Counted from the first letter of the stretch, positions 45,078-58,280 are shown. The stretch is DNA of 64,000 bases from Octopus vulgaris (GCA_951406725.2 OX597834.1:5580001-5644000); one strand, 5' to 3'. The notes: generated by a model from the letters alone, not told the origin. Translations and numbers: made by a program.

Positions 45078-45146
45078 GGACATATGGCGTAGTGGTTAAG
45101 AGCGTAGGGGGGTACAAACCCGAAGTTTCCGAGTTCGATTCCAAGC
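45078..45146 (+). promoter_or_regulatory. tRNA-like Pol III internal promoter inside the PLE 3' region
   Basis: A box TGGCGTAGTGG (45085-45095), B box GAGTTCGATTCC (45131-45142). Confidence 0.7.
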
Positions 45147-45251
45147 AGTGACTTGAATAATACTACTAATAATAATAGAAATAATAATAACAACAGCAAC
45201 GACATCGAAAAATACCTTAGGAATGAGAACCCCGGTTCAAAATTTCCCCAA

Positions 45252-45297
45252 GACACCTGATGAAGGCTGGAGGGTATATCAGTCGAAATGTTGTGTT
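45252..45297 (+). ncRNA. Minimal type I hammerhead in pseudo-LTR
   Basis: GACAC-CTGATGA-A-GGCTGG..TCAGTC-GAAATGTT-GTGTT. Confidence 0.75.
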
Positions 45298-45359
45298 AAC
45301 AACAAGCAAGATGAGGACAAATATCCATCAATTGAAATATCAGTTCCTCATCTTAAATA

Positions 45360-45417
<58 letters not shown>

Positions 45418-45468
45418 AATTGTAAGTGATGTAAATAAAATACATAATTCCTCATCTCTTAAATATAG

Positions 45469-45519
<51 letters not shown>

Positions 45520-45703
45520 TCATATTGATTGCTATGTATTTGCATGGTACGAAAATAATATTAATGTACCCCTTGTTTTAGCGTTTCGCTCCTCTTTAGG
45601 TTTTTACTGAGTTGATCAACTTTATTCCAGAAATGCCCGAATTAATTTTTTGTATATCAGGAATTCTTTCAATTTGTTGATGATTGGTTGGAATTTGAAG
45701 GGT

Positions 45704-45871
45704 CAGTAGCATAACTAGGGGAGGGATGAGTGGTGGTCCACTCCCCAGTGACACCTTTATAGGGTCGTCACATTTTTTAGGCTTGCTGTATAAACCTGTA
45801 TAGGTTAAGGGGCCAAAGGGTTAGGTGACAAGGGCTGCCTGGGACAGCACACGTTTTAGCTATACCATATG
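45704..45871. mobile_element. Degenerate MITE, possibly hAT-like
   Basis: CAGTAGCATAACTAG left end vs TAGCTATACCA right end. Confidence 0.35.
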
Positions 45872-46299
45872 AGTGAGAAGAAGCTGCTAAATTTTATCCA
45901 GTGCAACAAGCGTACAGAGATTCCTTCATTGATTCAGGCAGTTCATATTGAAAGGCTGATGTATAATTTAATGGTGAATTGTTAGAAAATAAATGATTTT
46001 TGCTAACAGAATAGAATATATAGAAAAAAGATGGATCTGTCTAATCAGAAAATGTTTTATTTTTCCATTTCCCATACATTCTCTACCAAATATAGTTTTT
46101 TTAGTGTATACAGTTATCACAATGACAATATTACAAAGTTATCTCGTTGATCAGTAGTACCAATTCTAATATGTATTACTTGTTTAGCGGATATCTTTCA
46201 AAATTCATTTTTCGCTATTTATATCTGTAATGTATTGTAATTGGTCTATTTTATGTATATCTACGACTAACAAAACTCAGTAGATGTGTGCGTGTGCAT

Positions 46300-46340
46300 G
46301 TCCCGATATACATATACATACATACATACATATATATATA

Positions 46341-46391
<51 letters not shown>

Positions 46392-46400
46392 ATATGTATG

Positions 46401-46433
<33 letters not shown>

Positions 46434-46657
46434 ATATATATATATATTTATATATATATAAATATACATATATATATATATTTATATATATACATATATA
46501 TATGTATATATATACATACATACATACATATACATATATATATATACACACGCACATATAGTAATACATATATATATATATATGTACACATATATGTGTG
46601 TGTGTAGACGTTTGTATACACATATATATTGTATCTAATATCTATATCTATCTATCT

Positions 46658-46693
<36 letters not shown>

Positions 46694-47072
46694 GTGTGTG
46701 TGTGTGTATGTGTATGTATATATACTCAACAACTTAATGCAACTATATATATATGTGTGTGTGTGTGCATTCATACATACAATCATGCATGCATACACTC
46801 ACGTGTATATTTTTGTTTCTTTACGTCTGTCCAAATGTTCATGTCTAAATAGTATTCTATCTATAGGAGCGTATACGAATTTGTGTTTGTATCCATGTGT
46901 GCATGCGTACGCATAGCATCATTTCATTGTCAATTTTCATATTAAATACTGATATAGTTTGAAGCATAGTTTGATAAAAAAAAAGACTCTCTCTTCACTT
47001 TCCTCTCTTATATATATATACACATTTGTTCTTGCAGGAAAGATTACATATTACATACTTACATAACACATA

Positions 47073-47156
<84 letters not shown>

Positions 47157-47179
47157 AATTTATATATATGAGTGAACTT

Positions 47180-47228
<49 letters not shown>

Positions 47229-47264
47229 TTATATATGTGAGTGTACTTCCTATATATATATCTA

Positions 47265-47350
<86 letters not shown>
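46300..47350. repeat. Extended TA/CA/TCTA microsatellite field
   Basis: Direct reading. Confidence 0.85.
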
Positions 47351-47353
<3 letters not shown>

Positions 47354-47674
47354 GAGCAATGGCAGTTAAATATCAAAATGTACGCAATACTTTTGGATAA
47401 AGCGAAATAGTAATATATATTCTAAGCTGAATTTGTACGAGTCACTATTTGCAGTTTCCCGATTGTGGTTTTCTGTGTCTAGCACTGTGGACTTTTGAGG
47501 TTTGTCCATTACAAGTCAGGAGTGACCCAACTTCGTCCTCATGTGACATGAAAAATATAATACTCTTCTTCATGTTACAATCGAAATACAGACATTTTTC
47601 TTGGAAGACATTAGTCATGAGACAATAGACATTAGTCATTATTCAATAGACAAAAGACTTCTTAGGAAAATATT

Positions 47675-48070
47675 GGTTTCAAATTTTGGCACAAGGCCAG
47701 CAATTTTGGAGAATGGGGCTAAGTCAATTACATCGACCCCAGTGCTTCACTGATACTTATTTTGACCCCGAAAGAATGAAAGGCAAAATCGACTTCGGCG
47801 GAATTTGAACTCAGGAGGTAGCGATGGACGAAATACCTATTTTTTTACTACCCACAAGGGGCTAATCACAGAGGGGACAAACAAGGACAGACAAAGGGAT
47901 TAAGTCGATCACATAGACCTCAGTGCGTAACTGGTACTTAATTTATCGACCCCGAAAGGATGAAAAGCAAAGTCGACCTCAGCGGAATTTAAACTCAGGA
48001 GGTAGCGATGGACGAAATAACACTACGCATTTTTCCAAGTGCGCTAACGATTCTGCCAGTTCACCGCCTT
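47675..48070 (-). mobile_element. SINE-B joined at the standard junction to an older-tail body
   Basis: GAAATAC|CTATTT junction at about 47837. Confidence 0.85.
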
Positions 48071-48451
48071 ATATTTTGTCGGAAAATATTGCCAACACCC
48101 ATTGTCAGCTAAACTTGTCTGAGATTGAGAGAAGTATAAAGAGTCTGACATTTCTTAGATGTATCGTAAATTCAATTACCTTCTCTGCGTTTGCTTTTTC
48201 GTTTTCTTTTCTAATTGTGCATATCATTACCAAAGTAATCACTACATTCGGAATAAGCATATCTGTAATCCTTACACCTATAAATTTGTATTTTCCAAAC
48301 TTGCAGTCTCTTGATTTGTTAAATTGGTTGAATCTATACTTCTACATTTTGTATGTAATTCTATATAACTAATTTGCTTGTATGTATTGATATATACATA
48401 TATTTCCAACTGTAATGTATTGATATATACATATATTTCCAACTGCCTGCA

Positions 48452-48486
<35 letters not shown>

Positions 48487-48499
48487 GTGTGTGTGTGTG

Positions 48500-48641
<142 letters not shown>

Positions 48642-48692
48642 TAAATTTATTATTTTAAATATTTTTTAATAATATATATATATATATATATA

Positions 48693-49093
48693 TTCTTTTA
48701 CTCTTTTACTCTTTTACTTGTTTCAGTCATGCGGCCATGCTGGAGCACCGCCTTTAGTCGAGCAACTCGACCCCGGGACTTATTCTTTGTAAGCCCAGTT
48801 CTTATTCTATCGGTCTCTTTTTGCCGTACCGCTAAGTGACGGGGACGTAAACATACCAGCATCGGTTGTCAAGCGATGTTGGGGGGACAAACACAAACAC
48901 ACACACACATATATATATATACATATATACGACAGGCTTCTTTCAGTTTCCGTCTACCAAATCCACTCACAAGGCATTGGTCGGCCCGAGGCTATAGCAG
49001 AAGACACTTGCCCAAGATGCCACGCAGTGGCACTGAACCCGGAACCATGTGGTTGGTAAGCAAGCTACTTACCACACAGCCACTCCTGCGCCT
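48693..49093 (-). mobile_element. SINE family A, full length
   Basis: Family match. Confidence 0.92.
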
Positions 49094-49510
49094 ATGTACA
49101 TACTATACATACTGTTGTGACGAGAGTCATTGACACCCCTGTGGGATTGAAAGAATGGACTAACCGAACTCTTATGGAATGTAGTGTATTGGTTCAGACG
49201 ATAGGAAGTCGTAGAAAGTCTTTGAGATGGTTGAGAGTTTGTTTTTATTGGAGTATCGTGTTTAGTGGAATAATTTGAAGTAGGTCGTGTGAAGCCAGTT
49301 GTGTCTGTCTCCAACGTATAGAAGGATATAAAATATACATGCAGATATATATATATATAAGATGTGTTTATGTGTTTCTGTGTGTGTGTGAGTGTGTGTG
49401 TGTGAGCGCGTGTGTGTGTGGTGTGTATGTGTGTGTGTGTATGCTCCCTTGATACACTAACGAGTCATAATCTCTGAACATATTAGAGATCAAATATGGA
49501 AAGATATCTG

Positions 49511-49932
49511 GGATCTTTTCGGTTTGAACGGCATTTTTTTCTAGCGGCGTCATATGAAATTGTCACCCATAATTACGACCCTAGTATCGATCTATTGCAT
49601 TTCAATCAGTTTTAGGGTTAGGGTTAGGGTTATGGGTGGGGGAAGGGTATCTTTTTTTCTTCACAAATGTAAATAAACCCAATCTGTTTCTTAAACGAGG
49701 GACATATTCATACGGCACAGAATGTTGTTTACCTCAATGGACGTCAGTGATTGGTTGAAATTGCAGAAATTGAAGAAACAAAACAACAAATATCTTACAA
49801 ACTATAGAATTTTCTCAATAAAGCCAAGAGAAAAAGATGTTTTATAAACACATTCTACCAGTATACGAAGTTTAAAATTTTTTAGTTACCTAGAAATTAT
49901 GTTAAAAACTGCCGTCCAAACCGAGAAGATCC
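49511..49932. mobile_element. MITE with about 23-bp TIRs, GG termini and 8-bp TSD
   Basis: GGATCTTTTCGGTTTGAACGGCA / TGCCGTCCAAACCGAGAAGATCC; flanks GATATCTG / GATATCTC. Confidence 0.85.
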
Positions 49933-50414
49933 GATATCTCTGCTGAAGATCTCAGGACAGCACTGAGAAAATCCAGCAAATGGAAATCACGTGGGAAAGA
50001 TGAAATACCTCACTTCTTACCGAATGCTTTCCCTGAATCACATGAGAGACTGATTCACCTCTGTAACAGCATTATGCATGATACCAGTAAAATCCCTCCT
50101 TGGCTGCTAAATGAAGTAACTTTCCTGCCTACCAAAAGTTGCGAATCTTATATCCCCCAAACTACCGATTAATTACATCTGTTACATTCATGAACAAAAT
50201 ACTAACACACATTTTTACTGAATACCTCTCTAATGGATAACAAGATATTTCTCAGTGAGCAAAATGGCTGCAAGCAAATTTCGTATTGTCGTAAAAGCCA
50301 ACTTTTAATCAATAAAATTATTCTTGAGGACTTCCACAAACGATGCAAGAATGTTGCATGGACTGATTACAAATCCTGTGCTTTACAGCTTTCCACCTTG
50401 CTGGATTGAGAAAT

Positions 50415-50827
50415 ACTCTTTTACTCTCTTTTACTCTTTTACTTGTTTCAGTCATTTGACTGCGGCCATGCTGGAGTACCGCCTTTATAGTCGAGCAACT
50501 CGACCCCGGGACTTATTCTTTTGTAAGCCCAGTACTTATTCTATCGGTCTCTTTTTGCCGAACCGCTAAGTAACGGGGACATAAACACACCAGCATCGGT
50601 TGTCAAGCAATGCTAGGGGGACAAACACAGACACACAAACACACACGCATATATATATATACATATATACGACAGGCTTCTTTCAGTTTCCGTCTACCAA
50701 ATCCACTCACAAGGCTTTGGTCGGCCCGAGGCTATAGTAGAAGACACTTGCCCAAGGTGCCACGCAGTGGGACTGAACCCGGAACCATGTGGTTGGTTAG
50801 CAAGCTACTTACCACACAGCCACTCCT
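50415..50827 (-). mobile_element. SINE family A
   Basis: Family match. Confidence 0.92.
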
Positions 50828-51167
50828 ATATTTTCAAATGCTTGAAAATATATCAAATATCTCTGTCTATTGGCAATTTTCTGTCGAATAATACGAAGGA
50901 ATGAGGAACAACTCATATACTGAACTCAGTGATTGGTAATTTGAACGCGAGTGATATCAACGTAAACTGTAGCGTTTTAAAGGTGGTTCTCTCTTACCGT
51001 TACTCTTCTGTGTGGCTCTCATTCCCCAAAGTAAGCTGTTGAATGACACAAAACATGGGTAAAGAATATACGATGGAGAAATTAATCACTTCTTTTACAT
51101 GAATGATTTAAAGCTTTTCGCAAAAGATGATCAACAACTTGAACGACTTTTAACTAATCGACCTTGA

Positions 51168-51645
51168 GGAATTATAACCGCGTTTCGTGGTCTGCTACCA
51201 CAACAGCTCCTTTATAGGATCCAGTTAGCTCAAGACATCATCAGGAGGAACCACGTCCGGTTTCGGCCCCTTCTCCTCAACCGTTTTGACGTGGCGGGGC
51301 CTCCCCTTTCGGAGGTGTCTTCAGCTCTGGTGTTGGGTGCATGTCTTCTTTCTTCTGTTCCCTGGCCTCTTCGATGTATCGTCAGCGAGAATCAGCCGGT
51401 GACTGACTGTCTTGTCAATTTTCTCCCTTTAAATACCTGCCGCATAGGCTCCAGCAGGCAGCCCAGCAAGTTGTCACGTGACACTGTCTCACTTTAACTG
51501 ACTAGTGAAGGCGAGTAGTTTTAGCCCGCACTTTTTCTAAACGACCGTCACCTGTCAGTCAGCTTGTCTCACCTAACGATGTTATTTCCCGTCGGCGTGT
51601 TTATGGCTTTCAAGCCATTTTCGGTCTTCCCGCTTCAGCCATATA
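51168..51645 (-). mobile_element. Longer copy of the 5777-6060 repeat
   Basis: 51168-51443 is highly similar to 5777-6060 and interrupts the RT remnant. Confidence 0.6.
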
Positions 51646-53631
51646 TACATTACATTTTTCAATGGAAAACTTCTGAAACCGAGCAACATGCAAATAGACA
51701 AGTCTATCATCATCAAAGAATTAGATATAGACAATATGAAATTACAAATATTTAGGTTTGTGTGAAGAGGATGAACTCAGCTCTCACAAATGCACAGAAG
51801 CATACGTAAGGAATGTTATCGCTGAGTTTGAGCTCTCCTAATGAGAGAAGTTAAAGCGAGAAATAGGATTGATACTTTAGCGATACTACAATCAATGCTT
51901 TACCTATGCTACAAATTTGACATCATAGAATGGTCCATCAGTGAGATAAATAAAACTGAAAGATAAATACTGAAATGCATCAACCATAAGTAGAAGTAGA
52001 AAGACTATACCTACGACAAAAGTATGGGAGACTGCTACTACTGTCTCTAAAGGCAGCAGCCACAGGGTTAGACACCTGTCTAACCAGCACCACTGACTGA
52101 ATGCTTAAACATGTCTGCAAGTACAGAAGTACCAAGGGACTGTATTCAAAAGCAAAGAAATATGTAGAGGAGTAAAGATCAACGAAACTGAGGCGCAACA
52201 AGATGAACAAGAAAACCCCATTGTGATTGTAAAACAGATGAAACACACACCAAATCGAAGTGACTATGGGTGTGAGAAAAGAGAAAGTTTAGGTTGGACA
52301 GAAAATATATGGAATAAGCAATGGAATGTTATATATTGTTTGTTGTTTATAATGATATCAAGAGTAGTAACACTGTTTACAGAGATAATAGATTGATCGA
52401 GAATGATTTTCGTTAATATTAAAATATTGAATCTTTACTCTTTAAGGAAATGGATTTGGAAAGAGAAAAATTTGGCTCTTCCCTCAAATTATATCGTTTG
52501 AGGCTTCTCCTGGCTTCAGATATTGACTGTTTCTCTTTCAGAGCATCATTATCTGAAGCAAGGGAGGATATATCTGACATGTCCTTTTTTTGTTTAAGGC
52601 AGTTTAATATGATTAGAGTGAGATTTGGTAATCATTTTTAGAGGGTGGAGCATCTGCCTATAGGCTCCCGTCTTCGCATACATGCCGATATATTATATAG
52701 CAGAGTCTGACTTTTTAATTTGGCCATCAATAGAAATATTTTTAACTTGTGCATCATATCATTAAAAGTTATACACAACAGGTGATGTGATGGTAGTCTG
52801 TCGTAGTCTGAGAAAAACGGTTCTCGGCATCAATATGGTGCTGGAGAGGGAGCTCATCAGGACCAGGTTGTCTAAGGAGGGTCGCTTCGGCCTAGGGCGG
52901 AAACGCAGCAGGCAAAATACTCGTGTCGAGCAGTAGTGGGATCGCGCCTGCGAATAGTCGTCGGCTGGCAGCCTATTCGATATAATTGAACTCCAACCTT
53001 TTAAAAGAAAAGGCGGTGCTCCAGCATGGCCGCAGTCAAATGACTGAAACAAGTAAAAGAGTAAAGAGAGAGAGAGAGTCATGTGCTGTACATTAGCACA
53101 TTCCTTCCATCAAATCAACGTTACCTGAACAGGTGAACAGACGGTGACATGATCGCAGAGCAACGCAAGATGAAGTGCTTTGCTCAAGAAAGCGACGCAT
53201 CACTCGGTTCAGTGAACTGCAGTTACAACTAACTGGTGAGTCGTGTTCTTTAGCAAAACTTGGATCAGGAATTGAAACCACAATCTAGTGATTGTGAGTG
53301 CAACAAACTAATCGGTAGGTCATACACCTCCACACATTGTAGGTATCCAACCAAAAACTCCACAGGAATCTTTTGGTTATTTGATGTTTATTGTCTAATT
53401 CTGAATGGCACAATTTTGCTGGTTTCTAAACACTATATTTATGTGCATTTCCTGCGTTTGGTGCCTTTATTTCATATTATTCTTCAGTGGGTTTTTTTTT
53501 TTTTTTTTTTCACTGGAAACATTATTTTGCAAAAAGTGAAATATCAGATTTGGCTTTTGGATTTGGTTTGCAAACTATTGAAATAGTTGCAAGACGCAAT
53601 GAAAATTTTAAGAGAAAAAAATAAGGTAATA

Positions 53632-54033
53632 AGGCGCAGGAGTGGCTGTGTGGTAAGTAGCTTGCTAACCAGCCACATTGTTCCGGGTTCAGTCCCATTG
53701 CGTGGCACCTTGGGCAAGTGTCTTCTGCTATAGCCCCGGGCCGACCAATGCCTTGTGAGTGGATTTGGTAGACGGAAACTGAAAGAAGCCTGTCGTATAT
53801 ATGTATATATATGTATGTGTGTGTGTTTGTGTTTGTCCTCCTAGCATTGCTTAACAACAGATGCTGGTGTGTTTACGTCCCCGTCACTTAGCGGTTCGGC
53901 AAAAGAGACCGATATAATGAGTACTGGGCTTACAAAGAATAAGTCCCGGGGTCGATTTGCTTGACTAAAGGCGGTGCTCCAGCATGGCCGCAGTCAAATG
54001 ACTGAAACAAGTAAAAGAGTAAAGAGAGTAAAA
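53632..54033 (+). mobile_element. SINE family A, full length
   Basis: Family match. Confidence 0.92.
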
Positions 54034-54204
54034 GTGGAAATTTTACCGGTGAGTGTGTTATATTATAAGGCACAAAAAGAAAATGACTCCCCCCCAGATA
54101 CAGCATAAAATATCAGACTTTATGAAATATCAGCTTTCGGCATGGGAAATCGGAAGTATCAGGTCCACTAACTATTGGTTTCAAACACTGTCACAATGGC
54201 ATCA

Positions 54205-54447
54205 AGTCCGAGGCAGGGGGTTAAGTCGATTACATCGACCTCGGTAATCAACTGGTATCTATTTTATTCACCCCGAGAGGATGAAAGATTACATAGAACC
54301 CGGTAATCAACTGGTATCTATTTTATTCACCCTGAGAGGATGAAAGATTCAGCTTCGATGGTATTTGAACTCAGAACGTAAAGACGAGCGATATGCCGCT
54401 AAGCATTTGGCCCGGCGCAGCCATGATTCTGCCAGCTCGCAGCCTTA
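54205..54447 (-). mobile_element. Old SINE-B-related copy with 60-bp internal tandem duplication
   Basis: GATTACAT..CGGTAATCAACTGGTATC..GGATGAAA occurs twice. Confidence 0.75.
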
Positions 54448-55176
54448 GGTCCACTCACTATTAAAACATGAAACAACGTTAAAAGGGAAATATATTTTGT
54501 GAAAGGTAAAACCTATTTCGTGATGTATAAGTTGAAATATTCTGCAATGTGACCGAGGGAATATTAAAGCTTTGCAGGCTCTCAGATATAAATAACTTGA
54601 AAGAATTACTATATCTTGATGGGTTATGAGAGTTGAAATATTAAACATACGCAATTTACTCTGTATTCTGCATTTTATAATGGATTTCATTTTGTTTTTT
54701 CTTTAGTTATACTTATATAACAACGTTTGTGCGTATAGGTGTACTCACACACATATTCATAAACACACAATAATACAAATTCACAAATATTTCCTTTGAT
54801 GAACACAAAAGGAAAAATATGAACAATTGTTATTCCGATGTATTGCACCACTCTCGCTATCTTGAATTTTTTCGGTGATTTTCAAACAGATTTTTGTCGG
54901 TTTAAGGTAAAATTTCAATAATTTTGTCAAATAATAACCAAAAAAATAACTGTAAGTAATGAAACTTAATTCCCTGTAAAAATTCCAACGAAACTAACAC
55001 AAAAAAGCTGATAGCAGGATTCATTCCGTTACACATCGCTAACCCCAAAAATTTACGAGAGAAGATTTGTTATTAATTTATTCAATTTTATCTTTTAATA
55101 TTGCAAAGTTAATGATAAGAAATTTTATTTTATATCTGTAAGTATAAATGTGTGCTTATGTAGGTGTATAAGCGTT

Positions 55177-55179
<3 letters not shown>

Positions 55180-55252
<73 letters not shown>

Positions 55253-55298
55253 GGTGTGTGTATGAATGTATTATGTATATATAGCAGTGTATTAGCTG

Positions 55299-55340
<42 letters not shown>

Positions 55341-55504
55341 ATTGTTTTGTTTATATGGTTGTTAGCAAATAATAGTATTTCATTTTCTTAAAATTTTTCG
55401 TGTGATGATATTTACTCAACCGTGATAAAAAGCTCATTTACATAAACATTTCACATTTAAAAAAATGAACGAAAATCATATACATACATACATACACTCA
55501 CATA

Positions 55505-55583
<79 letters not shown>

Positions 55584-55606
55584 ATATATATGTGTGTGTG
55601 TGTATG

Positions 55607-55637
<31 letters not shown>

Positions 55638-55850
55638 ATGTATATGTATATATATATATATACACACACACACTGTCCATTATATATATATATACATATA
55701 TTCATACATATGCACATTTTATATATTATATATATATATACACATATATGCACATATATGTGTATATGTGTATATAAATGTGTGTATATATATATACCAT
55801 TATATGTATGATCGTGCGCGTGCTCGATGTGTGTGTGTGTGTGCGCGTGT
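55180..55850. repeat. TA/TG microsatellite field
   Basis: Direct reading. Confidence 0.85.
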
Positions 55851-56399
55851 AGGTATGTATCTGACAATTAAAACTGAAATAATAATAGAAAAAAGGCCAT
55901 TCACTATTTTTCCTTTTATTCAATATTCGAACGTGGGAGAGCGTTGCGATTGTGAGTGAATGCGTACGTTTGTACGCATGCGTCAACGTACAAGTGTGTA
56001 TATTTTTTGTACGGGGTTATGTATATGTGTCACAAAAATTAACAACTTCAAACATCTATAAATATATAAAAAAAAAGATAAATTTGGAAAACGAAATTAA
56101 ATTGCTATAAATTTATGAATGGATACCTGACACATAGTTACACACACATTCACGCACGAAGTGACTGATACATATATACATCTATGGAAACATAAGCTCG
56201 GGCGTACACTAACACATTCATATAAAAACACAGAAATACAGCCATGTTTTTCATTTTCTATTTTCTATTTATTTAAGATGATTTGTAATGGTTATCATTT
56301 TCAATTGATTTTACTGTTTCAGCGTTTCGAAATCTAATTACAACTTGCATCGTTCATGATTCATACATATATCCATACATATATATATATATATACATT

Positions 56400-56998
56400 A
56401 AGGCGGCGCGCTGGCAGAAACGTTAGCACGCCGGGCGAAATGCGTAGCCGTATTTCGTCTGCCGTTACGTTTTGAGTTCAAATTCCGCCGAGGTCGACTT
56501 TGCCTTTCATCCTTTCGGGGTCGATAAATTAAGTACCAGTTACACACTGGGGTCGATGTAATCGGCTTAATCCGTTTGTCTGTCCTTGTTTGTCCTCTCC
56601 GTGTTTAGCCCCTTGTGGGTAGTAAAGAAATAGGTATTTCGTCTGCCGTTATGTTCTGAGTTCAAATTCCGCCGAGGTCGACTTTGCCTTTCATCCTTTC
56701 GGGATCGATAAATTCAGTACCAGTTACGCACTGGGGTCGATGTAATCGACTTAATCCATTTGTCTGTCCTTGTTTGTCCTCTCCGTGTTTAGCCCCTTGT
56801 GGGTAGTAAAGAAATAGGTATTTCGTCTGCCGTTATGTTCTGAGTTCAAATTCCGCCGAGGTCGACTTTGACTTTCATCCTTTCGGGGTCGATAAATTGA
56901 GTACCAGTTACGTACTGGGGTCGATATAATCGACTTAATCCATTTGTCTGTCCTTGTTTGTCCCCTCTGTGTTTAGCCCCTTGTGGGTAATAAAGAAA
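56400..56998 (+). mobile_element. SINE-B tandem trimer
   Basis: Units start GTATTTCGTCTG at 56450, 56634 and 56818 (184-bp period). Confidence 0.93.
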
Positions 56999-57559
56999 CA
57001 CATATATATGTACATACACACATATGTATGTATGTATGGACGGATGAATGGATGTGTGTGTATATATAAATGTGTGTGTATGTGTGTGTCTATACATATT
57101 TAACTTCGAAACAGTTCTTTTAAAGGAGACATACATTGTAACGCACGGCGACTGTTTAACGAAAAACTTATTTTGATATGAAAATCAGAGCTACAGTGTA
57201 TTTTCTATAAAGCACTCATTTTAGGTATTGAGTACTCTTTCTTCTTTATGAAAGCAGTATTTGTAGTATATATTCTTACATAGATACTCACATCTTTACT
57301 CATATATACTTAAATACACATACGCACTCACACACACACACACATGATGTAATCGCTAGCTTTTCGGCTGGTGACGTTAAGGTCATGGGTTCCATTCTCG
57401 ACCATTGCAGGGTATCGAGTCCTTGAAGTCGTTTCCTTTTGCTTCCCTTCACATTTCCATATAACATGTCTTTGCTCTTTCTCGTGCTCCTCAATGACGA
57501 AGATCTACACAAGCTTGAAAAGGACAAGATTCTTCGTCCAAGAAATTGACACTGCTAAC

Positions 57560-58193
57560 AGCGAGTCACATTATCTGCCTCCTTCTTTCAAACGGGAAAG
57601 AAGAGCTATTTTCATCATCCTTGTGGCTATGGCGAAAGAATGTATCTGGTGGACGCGTCTGAAAAGATTGGAGACAAACACTTTCCTTTCTGGTCAATCT
57701 CTCATCAACTTCTTCAAGTATCTCTTGAAAAGGAAAGTGAGAGTAGAGACGAAAGTTTTGTCTAGCGAATGTTTCAAAAAAAGATGGGTGAATGTAGCAA
57801 GGATGGCACGTATGAATGACGAAGCCACCTTGAGCATAATCCTATGAACCCGGAAAAATTTTAAACAGAGCGTTACCTACTTGCAAACAAATATGGTAAC
57901 ATGTAACATTATTGCCCGAGGTTACCGTGGTCTTTTACGTAGGCTTTTCTTTCCACGGATAAACCCCATCTGCTTCCCCCTTTACACTTTACATCATGAC
58001 ATTTCTGTGATACACGATCCCTATAGATCGCTTTTTTTCTTTACCTTTTTTTTCTTTCCCCCTTTTTTACTTTCCTTTTTACGATCCCTTTTCAACGATA
58101 ACCTACCCCACTTTTTTATTTCTCCCCAAAGAGAAAAGTTCTACTTTGTAATCTGTCCCGTCTGTGTGCAGCCCTGTGTGGCTAATAAAGAAA
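57560..58193 (+). mobile_element. Tx1/L1-like LINE 3' end (ORF2 C-terminus and 3' UTR)
   Basis: FIILVAMAKECIWWTR (IW..R motif), stop at 57847, pyrimidine-rich UTR ending GCCCTGTGTGGCTAATAAAGAAA. Confidence 0.7.
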
Positions 58194-58280
58194 CATATCT
58201 ACCTATTCTACATCTTTGGTGTGCCGTGTGCTGTGTGCGATGTGCTCATGAGAGAGTAAACTGCACAACTGTTGGCAGAA

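Larger units (their letters stand above)
44421..45473 (+). mobile_element. 5'-truncated Penelope-like retroelement with inverted 5' pseudo-LTR fragment
   Basis: Linker VPYMKGLSKKIQKICGPYDIRRVFKSNTTL, then a GIY-YIG-like domain. 44421-44474 is the reverse complement of about 45250-45303. Confidence 0.9.
49455..52260 (+). mobile_element. R4/Dong-like RT remnant with three nested insertions
   Basis: WKSRGKDEIP, IPPWLL, EQNGCK..QLLINKIILED, SLLPLLFCVALIP and INHFFYMNDLKLFAKDDQQLE (YMDD-like). Confidence 0.85.

Noticed and set aside
45078-45146. Functional tRNA gene (also the SINE heads)
   Set aside because: A and B boxes are present, but acceptor and anticodon stems do not form a convincing cloverleaf.
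49612-49637. True telomere or fusion site
   Set aside because: There are only three units, and they lie inside a MITE.
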